Shown: piece after piece, positions 7,673 through 16,537 of the stretch | How the letters are laid out: every line of letters starts with the position of its first letter | How positions within the stretch are numbered: position 1 is the stretch's first letter | Assembly (NCBI GenBank): GCA_043753995.1 | Contig: JAYUVP010000226.1 | Span: forward strand, 1 to 25,473 | Reading direction: 5' to 3' | Length of the DNA: 25,473 nt | DNA from: Fibrobacterota bacterium | GTDB taxonomy: Bacteria; Fibrobacterota; Fibrobacteria; UBA11236 | Made by a program: the position numbers and the translations under genes | Notes under the pieces: generated by a model | Told to the model about the DNA's origin: nothing | The model's input: only the letters and a program-made list of their open reading frames with translations | Database searches by the model: none

Positions 7673-9442
7673 TTAAAACCGGGGCAGAATACGATAGGCT
7701 CCCTTTATGTGCTTAAACACATATAAGGACCCATTTCTCCGGAGAAGCCGGCCAGGGTTTTCATAGAGAGTGGGAATCAAGCCAGCAAATTCTCTCTGAG
7801 GGGTGTATACCTCAATGGAGGCCCAATCCACAAAGTACCACCGACCATTCTCATCCCGCTCGATATCTGAAATAGAGGAAACTGGAATCCTCCATGTGGA
7901 GGTCACTTGACCTCTATTGTCAAGAAAGTCGATGAAGGAAGAATCCGAAAAATTCGTGCGCTGCAGTCGGTAATACCCTATTCCAGATTTATAGACAGGT
8001 TCTAAAAAATCATCGTGGACTGGCAAGGAATCGATAGACTTAATTATGCCATCCTTGCTAAAGTGCGTCCATATACCGACTTCCGATTCCTTTTGCCAAA
8101 CCATAATGGAACTATCGCTTCTTTGAAGTGCCAGGTTGGTCATGGTGGGAGGCAAGTCGATTTGCCATCTCCTTATGCCGGTCGGGCTATACTTGGAAAG
8201 TATCGAGTGGGTGACAGGATTGGGTGAGTCAACGGAAAGAAGGTAGACGTCACCCGCATTGTCGAGAACAATTTGATAAGGTGGATGCTGGGTAAAGGAG
8301 GAGTCGTACCAGCCGGTGATCTCGCCTGATGTTCCATGGCGGACCACTCTTCTATTTTCATCAAAATGCCATATCGATCCGTCTGGAGCAATATCCACCG
8401 CTTCTGGATAGAGGGTGGAATCCTTAAAAACAAGCTCCCATTTGAAGCGCGAAGGAAGAACGAAGCTGAGAGGTTGCGCCTTACGACCTTCATTACCCTG
8501 CTTGTCTAAAGTCGTTACGGCATAGTGTAGAGTTTCGCCAGGATTCAGCATTTCGGGATTCAACCCCTCAATGATCCAATCCTCCGAGAATACAGTGTCA
8601 GTCAGGGGTGCCGTTGTCAAACGCTCATAGGCTAAGTCAGGTCGGCGTCGATACACATTATAGGCGGCAACGCGGGCGTCGGGTGATTTTGGCCAACTCA
8701 GGGAGACCTTAATCCGCGAGGTGTCAATATTCAATTTGACCGATTCGACGAGGGGCAATTCGCCAAAAGCCGCCCCCTGATAGGCAAGGCGCAAAGTGTC
8801 TTTCAGCACGGTATCCACACCCGAGAATACGGTCAAGATCGTGTCCAGGGGTTTGTAATTGTCCAAGGTGCTGAGCAGGCGCAAGTGATAATGGCCTTCT
8901 GCCAAAGGTCCGATTCGGAAATTGCCATTCGAATCTTGCGGCACGGCAAAGACCGGAGTGCCTGGCAAAAGCAAAAAGACCGTGCGACTATCATGTCCGG
9001 CCTTCAGACTGACCACTCCCCTAAGAGTGCCAGGTGGCTTTAGCTCGAGGTTGCCTGACTGAGTTGAGGACGTGCTGGTGACGGAAATAGAATCCTGCAG
9101 GGCCAGCAATCCGGCCTTCTCACCGAATAAATTATAACGGCCCTCTGAGAGGGAATCGGTCTGGAAGGAGCCGTCGGCTTCCGTCAATACGACGTCGGCA
9201 ACATCACCTGCCGCGGCCCCAATGGGACCAGGATTGTAGTTGACTGAAAAAACCTTGACCCTGGCATTGCCAATGCCATGGCCCGCCGCATCGACCACAC
9301 GGCCCGAAATGGAGCCCTTGCCGGTATTGCCCGTGCTGGTGCTGCCCGCCATATCCACGCAGCTATTCAGCGTCAGTCCGGAGAGGAGGGTTGCAACCGC
9401 GACGAGTCGGAATCGTCCCATGCGCATATTCAGGGTTGACAT
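7673..9442 (-). CDS. Multidomain lipoprotein: carboxypeptidase-regulatory-like beta-sandwiches, FN3-like domain, C-terminal beta-propeller-like region
   Basis: Lipobox LNS-C followed by MAGSTSTGN. GSISGRVVDAAGHGIGNARV and TEADGSF are prealbumin-like motifs. LSW...YNVYR...YAVTTLDKQGNEG is FN3-like. VDIAPDGSIW, IVLDNAGDVY and IERDENGRWY resemble propeller blades. The ATG directly abuts the upstream TAG. Confidence 0.85.
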   Translation of the reverse strand: MSTLNMRMGRFRLVAVATLLSGLTLNSCVDMAGSTSTGNTGKGSISGRVVDAAGHGIGNARVKVFSVNYNPGPIGAAAGDVADVVLTEADGSFQTDSLSEGRYNLFGEKAGLLALQDSISVTSTSSTQSGNLELKPPGTLRGVVSLKAGHDSRTVFLLLPGTPVFAVPQDSNGNFRIGPLAEGHYHLRLLSTLDNYKPLDTILTVFSGVDTVLKDTLRLAYQGAAFGELPLVESVKLNIDTSRIKVSLSWPKSPDARVAAYNVYRRRPDLAYERLTTAPLTDTVFSEDWIIEGLNPEMLNPGETLHYAVTTLDKQGNEGRKAQPLSFVLPSRFKWELVFKDSTLYPEAVDIAPDGSIWHFDENRRVVRHGTSGEITGWYDSSFTQHPPYQIVLDNAGDVYLLSVDSPNPVTHSILSKYSPTGIRRWQIDLPPTMTNLALQRSDSSIMVWQKESEVGIWTHFSKDGIIKSIDSLPVHDDFLEPVYKSGIGYYRLQRTNFSDSSFIDFLDNRGQVTSTWRIPVSSISDIERDENGRWYFVDWASIEVYTPQREFAGLIPTLYENPGRLLRRNGSLYVFKHIKGAYRILPRF

Positions 9443-10276
9443 CTAGTGTTCTCCATTTTGGGTGGCGGAAACGGGAAATAATTGAATGTTGAGTTGATAA
9501 ATGCGATCGGCACCTCGGTCCTTTTCGACCAGGTTGGCAAGGTGAGATCGGAAGGCCTGTAATGCCTTTTTGACGGACTCGAAACCTGCCGACGACATGC
9601 CGGCGGTGAAGGTGGTGATGTCGCGGTCTTCCACGGAAACACCGTCAAGTGCCTCGTCAGCGAGCCGCAAATTTTCCTTTTGGTATTTATGGACCACGAA
9701 GGAGGTCAGTTCGTCGGTGGTTCTCACCGCAGCATCCGCCTGTTTATAGCGGCCTGCGGGCGTCTTCGCCAACAAGCCCAACTTGATCAGCAATTCCACG
9801 CTTTCACGTGCTTGCCGAGCAGTGATGGCCGGGTGCAATGACTTCGAAAGCTTGACGAAATCTCCGTCGAAACGATCCATGCAAGCTAGTTCGCGCACTA
9901 CGGGGTGCCACCACTCCGAGAAATAGGCGAACTCGCTTTCTTGCAAGAGGCGCCCCAGAGGCTTACCGGTAAGCGCTCCAAGTTTCATAAAGTGGAATTC
10001 GCGCTCTTTGAATGTGGTCGCGTGCTGGAAGCCGACCAGGGCTTCAAAGTATTCGGTCTCTTTAGGCCCCAACTCCATGGCTCGGGCAATGCTGTATATG
10101 CTAGCACGCGACAACTCTCTCTTGCCCGAGGCCACCTCGATCAGGTAGGAGCGGGCTTTGTAGCCGGCTTTGCGGGCAAAGACCTCATAGGAAAAACGCC
10201 GATTCTCGCTTTTCTTCTCGACGTAATAATCCTTAATGAACCGAGCATAGCTGGTATAGCTGAAAATATTGGGCAT
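9443..10276 (-). CDS. TIGR02147-family protein (HTH + DUF4423), copy 2
   Basis: NIFSYTSYARFIKDYY; FSYEVFARKAGYKARSYLIEVASGKRELS; ETEYFEALVGFQHA; YFSEWWHPVVRE; RDITT; IYQLNIQLFP. Confidence 0.92.
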   Translation of the reverse strand: MPNIFSYTSYARFIKDYYVEKKSENRRFSYEVFARKAGYKARSYLIEVASGKRELSRASIYSIARAMELGPKETEYFEALVGFQHATTFKEREFHFMKLGALTGKPLGRLLQESEFAYFSEWWHPVVRELACMDRFDGDFVKLSKSLHPAITARQARESVELLIKLGLLAKTPAGRYKQADAAVRTTDELTSFVVHKYQKENLRLADEALDGVSVEDRDITTFTAGMSSAGFESVKKALQAFRSHLANLVEKDRGADRIYQLNIQLFPVSATQNGEH

Positions 10277-10282
10277 GGGATG

Positions 10283-10291
10283 AAAATACCA
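10283..10291 (-). promoter_or_regulatory. Putative extended -10 promoter abutting the TIGR02147 copy-2 start codon
   Basis: Minus strand reads TG-G-TATTTT-N6-ATG. No SD and no recognisable -35. Confidence 0.5.
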
Positions 10292-10649
10292 GAACGAAGG
10301 GTCTATCCCCGGCCCGTTAGCGGAGAAAACGGTCTTTTTTAGAGATCAAATAGCCTAGCGTCCATTTTAGGTCTGGCTTCTCATACCCTCCACTTTCGTT
10401 TTTCTTCCATCGAGTAATTTGGGGGCAGCTCCGCCGCCCCCCGTCTCGGCCCGCCATGTCCTGAAGTTCTTGTCGGCCTCGCCGTCCCCACCGGCGAACT
10501 CACGAAGGAGGGAGATATTGATTGTGAGAACCGTCTAGGTTCTCTGCGGTTTCCCCAAGCCTTTCTTTTATGGAGTTTGGAAAACCCAACCTCGCGCATC
10601 GAATCACAAGTATTTCGATTGACCTTGCCTTATGCGCAAAGGCCTAATG

Positions 10650-10677
10650 TTGCCGATCGGGCGAAGGGATTTAACTT
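10650..10677 (+). promoter_or_regulatory. Putative sigma70 promoter of the carotenoid-oxygenase-like gene
   Basis: TTGCCG-N16-TAACTT, ending 39 nt upstream of ATG 10717. Confidence 0.45.
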
Positions 10678-10716
10678 GCCTATGCCATTCGTCCTCATGG
10701 CCCAAGGGGTAATCCG

Positions 10717-12177
10717 ATGCCGCATACCATCCACCAGGCAATATTTCGATCACAACCCGAAGAGCATACCTGTGCTTCGCTCGCGGTAGAAGGCGAGATA
10801 CCCCGCGAGCTTTCGGGCACCTTCCTGCGCAATGGTCCTGGTTTGCTTGAAGTCGGCTCCGATACCCTGAATTTCTTTGATGGCCATGCGCTGATTGCGG
10901 GTTTGTCATTCTCCGAAGGAAAGGCGCGCTTTCGCTCACGGCTCGTGAAAACCCCGCTACTTGCGGCCGAAACGCATGCCAAAGCGATGAAAAAGCGCCG
11001 TATCTTCACCAACCTACCCAAGCGTTGGGCAAACCTATTTGATGTCGATTTTGGAAACAATGCCATGCATGACGTCTATGCCTGGGGCGGTAAGGTGATA
11101 GCCGGCAATGATCCCGGTCACTTTGCACTCGATAGCCGAACTCTCGAAACGAGTGGTGCTGAATTTTGGGGCGGAGCGGTGGGGAAGGGCGAAGAGATGA
11201 GCCCGATGCCCTATCGCGATCCTGTCAGCGGTCACCTCATAGCTTGGATCAAAACCAAAGGAGGCATCAAGCCGGACAGGCTGCGTTTTGTGGAACTCGA
11301 TGCGTCGATGAAGTTGATGCGACAAACATCACCTGTTGTACTCTCGGCGAGCCCAGTACTGGTGCATGACCATCGCGCCACGGCATCGTGGTATGTGGCG
11401 ACGGAACAAGCCCTGCGACTTTCCGTAGGCTCCGCGCTATGGGGAAAGCGGACCCTTTACCAGTCCCTTGTCGCTCCTCCTGGGGGAACGGCGGCACTTC
11501 TCCTGGTGCCGCGAAACGGCGAGGCTCGCTTGGTGCGGATTCCGCTTCCCGAGGGGATTGAGATCGCATTTCATGTGATCAATGCCTATGAGGAAGGCGA
11601 GAACGTGATCGTCGACTTGGTGACTTATGCTGGCAGGATTTGTTTCGAAGGTGCCGCGAGCGAAGCACATCAGCGCGCAAACGGGATCAAGCGTTATAGC
11701 AGCCCAAGTCCGACTCCCATCCGCTTTGTCGTCGACCCGAAGCGCGGCGTCATCGTGGGGCATCACACGCTTGGTAATTTGCCCTTGGAGGCGCCTGAGA
11801 TTGCCGACGACCGCATGGGTGCCAAGTATGGTTACGTCTACGGGCCAACCCTTGTGAAGGGTGCCGATGTGCCCGATACCGGCGGGTATTTCTTCTATCC
11901 AGCGCTTGCCAAGGTAAAGGTTGAAACCGGCGAAAGCGAAACTTGGTCCGCAGGCTCCGAGGCCGTGGTTTCGCCTCCCGCCTTCGTGCGTCGCGCGAAC
12001 TCGCAAGAAGAAGATGATGGCTGGTTGATCGCGTGGGTAATGCAAGAGGACGGGACAAGCGTGGTGGTCCTCGATGCGAAAGCGATAGCGCGCGGCCCGG
12101 TCGCCAAGGTGAAGCTGGGCGTGCGCTTGCCTGGCGTGAGTCATACGCGCTGGGCTGCTGATCTACAGCTCGATTGA
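10717..12177 (+). CDS. Carotenoid oxygenase / RPE65-superfamily (CCD, lignostilbene dioxygenase-like) protein with a non-canonical metal site
   Basis: VEGEIPRELSGTFLRNGPG, FFDG, VHD, AFHVINAYEE, EEDDGWL and the terminal RGPVAKVKLGVRLPGVSHTRW are typical CCD-family segments. Length 486 aa fits the family. Confidence 0.9.
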   Translation: MPHTIHQAIFRSQPEEHTCASLAVEGEIPRELSGTFLRNGPGLLEVGSDTLNFFDGHALIAGLSFSEGKARFRSRLVKTPLLAAETHAKAMKKRRIFTNLPKRWANLFDVDFGNNAMHDVYAWGGKVIAGNDPGHFALDSRTLETSGAEFWGGAVGKGEEMSPMPYRDPVSGHLIAWIKTKGGIKPDRLRFVELDASMKLMRQTSPVVLSASPVLVHDHRATASWYVATEQALRLSVGSALWGKRTLYQSLVAPPGGTAALLLVPRNGEARLVRIPLPEGIEIAFHVINAYEEGENVIVDLVTYAGRICFEGAASEAHQRANGIKRYSSPSPTPIRFVVDPKRGVIVGHHTLGNLPLEAPEIADDRMGAKYGYVYGPTLVKGADVPDTGGYFFYPALAKVKVETGESETWSAGSEAVVSPPAFVRRANSQEEDDGWLIAWVMQEDGTSVVVLDAKAIARGPVAKVKLGVRLPGVSHTRWAADLQLD

Positions 12178-12348
12178 ACGACGATCTTGACACCGCATGT
12201 TCTGGCGACCTAGTCGAATTCTAGGACCTCCACACCACGTTTGATTGGGTCTCAGATCTGGGATTCAGGAGTCTTGATCCCGCCCCATGGAGCATTTCGC
12301 GATCCTTAAACGTCTAACCTTTCCAACCCCATTCCATGGAGAGCTTAC

Positions 12349-13050
12349 ATGGTTCGCAATCACCTTGCATCCACCTTGATCCCGGTTTCATTCCTCTTCG
12401 CCGCTTGCGCCGGTCCACGCATGGTCCCTCCCGCCGATGTGGCCAGCGGAGCCGTCCTCGAAGCGAAGAATCGCAGCAAGGCTTCGGGAGCTTTCGTGAA
12501 TGAAGCTTTTGATCTGGGGCCGTATAAAGTCGCCGAGGTCGATCGCAAATGGACGCATGGAGGTGGATTCGGCGCCGGTCCCTATAGCACCCATCGCTCC
12601 ACCGGCGGCTTCACCTTTGAGCTGCAGGGCGGGGCGCAAGCCTGGAAAGGAACTTGCGCCATCAGCAAGGACGAAAAAAACGTGAGCATGGGTGGAGGCA
12701 TGTCCTTCGGTGGATCCAAGGCCAGCCTCGCCTGTGAATGCGTTGCCGGTTCGCAAACGGGTCGCCTGGATCTAACCCGGGATCGATCCGGGAACTTCAC
12801 CGGCAAGGTCACGCCTAGCAAAGAAGCCTATACCCTGACGCCCGTCACCGAGACGGAAAAGAAATATTGGGGAGGGGAACCTGCCGGTTACCGCTTCGAT
12901 GGTAGCGATGGCGCGCGCGGTGCGGTGGAAATGTTCAAACCAGGTCGCATTTGGTTTACGGAGAAAATGGCTGAAGCCGAACGCGAACCAGGAACCTGTT
13001 TGCTCGCGGGCTTAATGCTTTATATCGAGCCTTCGGATCAGGACAAGTGA
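12349..13050 (+). CDS. Hypothetical beta-rich lipoprotein (233 aa)
   Basis: GGAG SD, lipobox FAA-C, and coding-like codon usage. Confidence 0.8.
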   Translation: MVRNHLASTLIPVSFLFAACAGPRMVPPADVASGAVLEAKNRSKASGAFVNEAFDLGPYKVAEVDRKWTHGGGFGAGPYSTHRSTGGFTFELQGGAQAWKGTCAISKDEKNVSMGGGMSFGGSKASLACECVAGSQTGRLDLTRDRSGNFTGKVTPSKEAYTLTPVTETEKKYWGGEPAGYRFDGSDGARGAVEMFKPGRIWFTEKMAEAEREPGTCLLAGLMLYIEPSDQDK

Positions 13051-13420
13051 GCTTTAACGGTCCGGGCTTCGTCGTATCGGTTTTTTCGCACCAATAAAAG
13101 AGCAAGGTTGAGTTTATCAGGGATATAGGTCGAATCTAAGGACCGAGCTTGAGTGAAAAATGGTTCCGCCTTTTCCAAAAAAAGTAAGGTCCTCCCGTCA
13201 TGTAGAATACTGCGAGATAGCCGCCCCATCTCCAGGGTGAGAACAAAATGATCGCAAAAAAACCGAATAGGATAAGCCCCCAATCCATCCAAGTGGTGAG
13301 GGCTTTGGTTTGACGCAATTTTTGCGTCGTAAATTCGACCAATAATTAAAGGCCCAAGAATAAATCTCCCTTGTATTCCTTGAATAAAAGCGGTCGCCAT
13401 AGGCGCGGAAAAAACTTGGG
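13038..13420 (-). pseudogene. Possible degraded membrane-protein/TPR gene remnant
   Basis: AT-richer patch. One frame gives TM-like WGLILFGFFAIILFSPWRWGGYLAVFY, preceded by an in-frame stop. Another frame gives TPR-like EKAEPFFTQARSLDSTYIPDKLNLALLLVRKNRYDEAR. The frames switch near an A7 run (13177-13183). Confidence 0.35.
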
Positions 13421-13764
13421 AGTTGATGCCCTAAGCCGAAAAAGCTTGTTGTGATTAAGATCGGTGTGGCAAGTTAAAAGGTTAGGTCGAGGTTACGGCT
13501 TTGAATCCAGGGTGAAGGGCTGGCGGCATTCGATGGGATAGGCATACGCTGATCCTTCCCAAGAGGATTGGGCCTGGATGAATTCACGAAAACCTATGGC
13601 GGAAGAAAATGGGTTGCCACTTTAATCTTTTGCCAGGATGGCGCCTCGCAGGGCGTGATTCCCATCACCCCAAGGAACCTGGATATTGCAAACTTGTCCC
13701 AACTCTTTTCTAGGAATGCTTGCCATATCGGTGTGATATTAGAGCTTTCAAAGGTGAGGTGCCC

Positions 13765-16518
13765 ATGGAGTTGAATGCTGTCCGTTCTGTCGATCGCGAT
13801 CCTTTCCATGAAATCCTGAATAAAAGCAATAGCGGCCTGTACCGCTTCTTCCATCCACGCCGGGTGGCCGTGGTTGGGGCCACCGACAAGGAAGGAAGCG
13901 TAGGTCGGGCGGTCTTCCGCAACCTGCTCGGCAATCCCGCTGGCGTGCCTATAGTGCCGGTGAATCCCGCTCGCCCCAGCGTGGCTGGCGTGTCGGCCTT
14001 TCCTTCCCTCACCCGTATTCCCGATCCCGTAGATTTGGCCATCATCATCACGCCCGCCACCAGTGTGCCCGGCCTAATCGGCGAATGCGTGGAAATGGGC
14101 ATTCCATCCGCCGTCATCCTTTCTGCGGGCTTTCGCGAAACCGGAGCCGCCGGTTTGCGCATCGAACAGGAAGTGATGGAGAAGGCTCGTGGTCGTGTCC
14201 GCATTATCGGACCCAATTGCCTCGGCATCATGAGCCCGCATTTAGGGCTAAACGCCACCTTCGCGGGCAATGTGGCCAAACCTGGGAATCTGGCTTTCCT
14301 GAGTCAGAGTGGCGCTCTTTGCACCGCCATCTTGGACTGGAGTCTCAAGGCGGGCATTGGCTTCAGCGGCTTTGTCTCCACCGGTTCCATGCTCGACGTG
14401 GGCTGGGGAGATCTCATCGATTATTTCGGAGACGATCCACGTACCCAGGCCATCCTTATCTACATGGAAACCATTGGGGATGCCCGCGCCTTTCTCTCCT
14501 CGGCCAGGGAAGTTGCCCTCTCCAAGCCCATTATCGTCATCAAGGGTGGCCGCACCGAAGAAGCGGCCAAAGCGGTATCTTCGCATACAGGGACTCTGGC
14601 CGGTAGCGATGCCGTGCTGGACGCGGCCTTCCGCAGGGCGGGTGTGCATCGAGTGGATAGCATAGCCGAATTGTTTTACCTGGCCTCTAGCCTGGGGCAG
14701 CAACCCAGGCCCAAAGGGCCCAAGCTCGCCGTGGTCACCAATGCCGGCGGCCCCGGCGTGCTTTGTGTCGACGCCCTCATCGGTGGCGGCGGTAGCCTCG
14801 CGCCACTGACGCGAGAGACATGCAAGGCTCTGGACGCCATACTCCCTCCCCATTGGAGCCATAACAATCCTATTGATGTGATCGGAGACGCGGATCCCGT
14901 TCGCTTCTCCGAGGCCGTCCGCATTGCCTTAGACGATCCCGCCAATGACGGCGTGCTGGCTATCCTCACGGTTCAGGCCATGACCGATCCTACCCTCACC
15001 GCGCAAAAAGTGGCCGAGCTAGGTTGGCGCGCCGACAAGCCTCTTCTCGCCAGTTGGATGGGCGGCGCAAGTATGGATGCAGGCATTGCGCATCTCAATG
15101 GCGTGGGCATTCCCACCTTTCCGTTTCCCGATACCGCGGCGCGCATTTTCAACTACATGGCCGCCTACCAGAAAAACCTGCGTAACCTGTATGAGACCCC
15201 ACAGATGTCCGGGAAGGAAGAAGACCTTCGTGCCCGGCACCAAGCCGTCGAGGCCATTCTCGCGGGGCCTTGGGATACAGGTCGTTCTACCCTCACCGAA
15301 TGGGAATCGAAGAGGCTGCTGAAGGCTTATGGCATCCCTGTGGTGGAAACCGTCATAGCCACCACCGAAGAAGAAGCTGTGGCAGGAGCCGCTTCCATCG
15401 GCTATCCGGTCGTCCTCAAGCTCAATAGCGAAACCCTGACGCATAAGACCGACGTGGGTGGCGTGGTGCTTGACTTACAGACTCAATCGCAAGTGGGGGA
15501 AGCCTTCCGATCCATACGCAAATCGGTTTCCGAGAAAGCGGGCGCGGAACATTTCCAAGGCGTAAGCGTGCAACCCATGATCCGCGAGAAGGGATACGAG
15601 CTCATCTTGGGCGGCAATGTCAATCCCCAGTTCGGACCGGTTGTGCTATTCGGCTGGGGCGGGACTCTGGTGGAGGTGATGCAGGATACCAGCTTGGCCC
15701 TCCCTCCGCTTAATACCAACCTGGCACGGCTGCTGATAGAACGCACCAAGGTGTATCAGGCCTTGCAAGGAACTCGCGGCAAACCCCCAGTAGACATTCA
15801 GGCCCTGAAGGAGACTCTGGTGCGCTTCAGCTATATCATGCTGGAGCATCCGCGCATCAAGGAAATCGACATCAATCCTTTTCTGGTTTCAGACAAGATA
15901 CAGATCGCCTTGGACGCCCGCATCATCCTGCATGAACGGAGTGTCGACCTGGCGGCCCTGCCCCGGCCGGCAATTCGTCCCTATCCTTCCAAATACATGT
16001 GGGATTACACCTTGGCCAATGGAAAGCGAGTCCTGCTCCGGCCCATCCGCCCGGAGGATGAGCCCCTGATTGCTCGCTTCCATGGCCGCCTTTCTGAGCA
16101 AACGGTCTATAGTCGATACCTCAAAGCCACCCTGCTCGACCAGCGTGTGACTCATGATCGTCTGGTGCGCATTTGCTTCAATGACTATGACCGCAGCCTA
16201 GCCCTAGTCGCGGAGGGAAAATCGACGGAGTGGGGACCCCCTGATATTTTCGCCGTAGCGCGCTTGATACTGTCGCGCGACGGCCAGGAAGCCGAGCTCG
16301 CCCTTTTGGTGGAGGATAGTTTCCAGGGCCAAGGACTAGGTAAGGAAATGGTCCGGCGTCTGCAACAGATTGCAACCGTTGAAGGTTTACAAAAGGTGGT
16401 AGCCCATATTGTCCCTTCCAACAAAGCCATGCAGGCCGTTTGTCGGGGACTGGGGTTCCATCTTTCCGAGGAGCAAGGGAAAGGAATGGTCGCCGTCTAC
16501 GAACCTGTCAAAAAATAG
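13765..16518 (+). CDS. Bifunctional ADP-forming acetate-CoA ligase family / GNAT N-acetyltransferase (Pat/Pka-like)
   Basis: CoA-binding [45 protein letters not shown]-grasp YPVVLK...[37 protein letters not shown]...FQGQGLG. ATG 13765 follows AAGGTGAGG and is preferred over TTG 13720. Confidence 0.93.
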   Translation: MELNAVRSVDRDPFHEILNKSNSGLYRFFHPRRVAVVGATDKEGSVGRAVFRNLLGNPAGVPIVPVNPARPSVAGVSAFPSLTRIPDPVDLAIIITPATSVPGLIGECVEMGIPSAVILSAGFRETGAAGLRIEQEVMEKARGRVRIIGPNCLGIMSPHLGLNATFAGNVAKPGNLAFLSQSGALCTAILDWSLKAGIGFSGFVSTGSMLDVGWGDLIDYFGDDPRTQAILIYMETIGDARAFLSSAREVALSKPIIVIKGGRTEEAAKAVSSHTGTLAGSDAVLDAAFRRAGVHRVDSIAELFYLASSLGQQPRPKGPKLAVVTNAGGPGVLCVDALIGGGGSLAPLTRETCKALDAILPPHWSHNNPIDVIGDADPVRFSEAVRIALDDPANDGVLAILTVQAMTDPTLTAQKVAELGWRADKPLLASWMGGASMDAGIAHLNGVGIPTFPFPDTAARIFNYMAAYQKNLRNLYETPQMSGKEEDLRARHQAVEAILAGPWDTGRSTLTEWESKRLLKAYGIPVVETVIATTEEEAVAGAASIGYPVVLKLNSETLTHKTDVGGVVLDLQTQSQVGEAFRSIRKSVSEKAGAEHFQGVSVQPMIREKGYELILGGNVNPQFGPVVLFGWGGTLVEVMQDTSLALPPLNTNLARLLIERTKVYQALQGTRGKPPVDIQALKETLVRFSYIMLEHPRIKEIDINPFLVSDKIQIALDARIILHERSVDLAALPRPAIRPYPSKYMWDYTLANGKRVLLRPIRPEDEPLIARFHGRLSEQTVYSRYLKATLLDQRVTHDRLVRICFNDYDRSLALVAEGKSTEWGPPDIFAVARLILSRDGQEAELALLVEDSFQGQGLGKEMVRRLQQIATVEGLQKVVAHIVPSNKAMQAVCRGLGFHLSEEQGKGMVAVYEPVKK

Positions 16519-16537
16519 AGGCCTTTTTGCTGCTGCT

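Noticed and set aside
11437..12144. 235-aa antisense ORF, and similar long antisense ORFs over the Pat-like gene, mutS and glmS
   Set aside because: These are expected shadows of GC-rich coding strands and contain no recognisable motifs.
12209..12275. Short palindromes (CCTAG-N7-CTAGG, CAGATCTG) after the oxygenase gene
   Set aside because: Stems are too short and lack a U-tract, so they cannot be told apart from chance.
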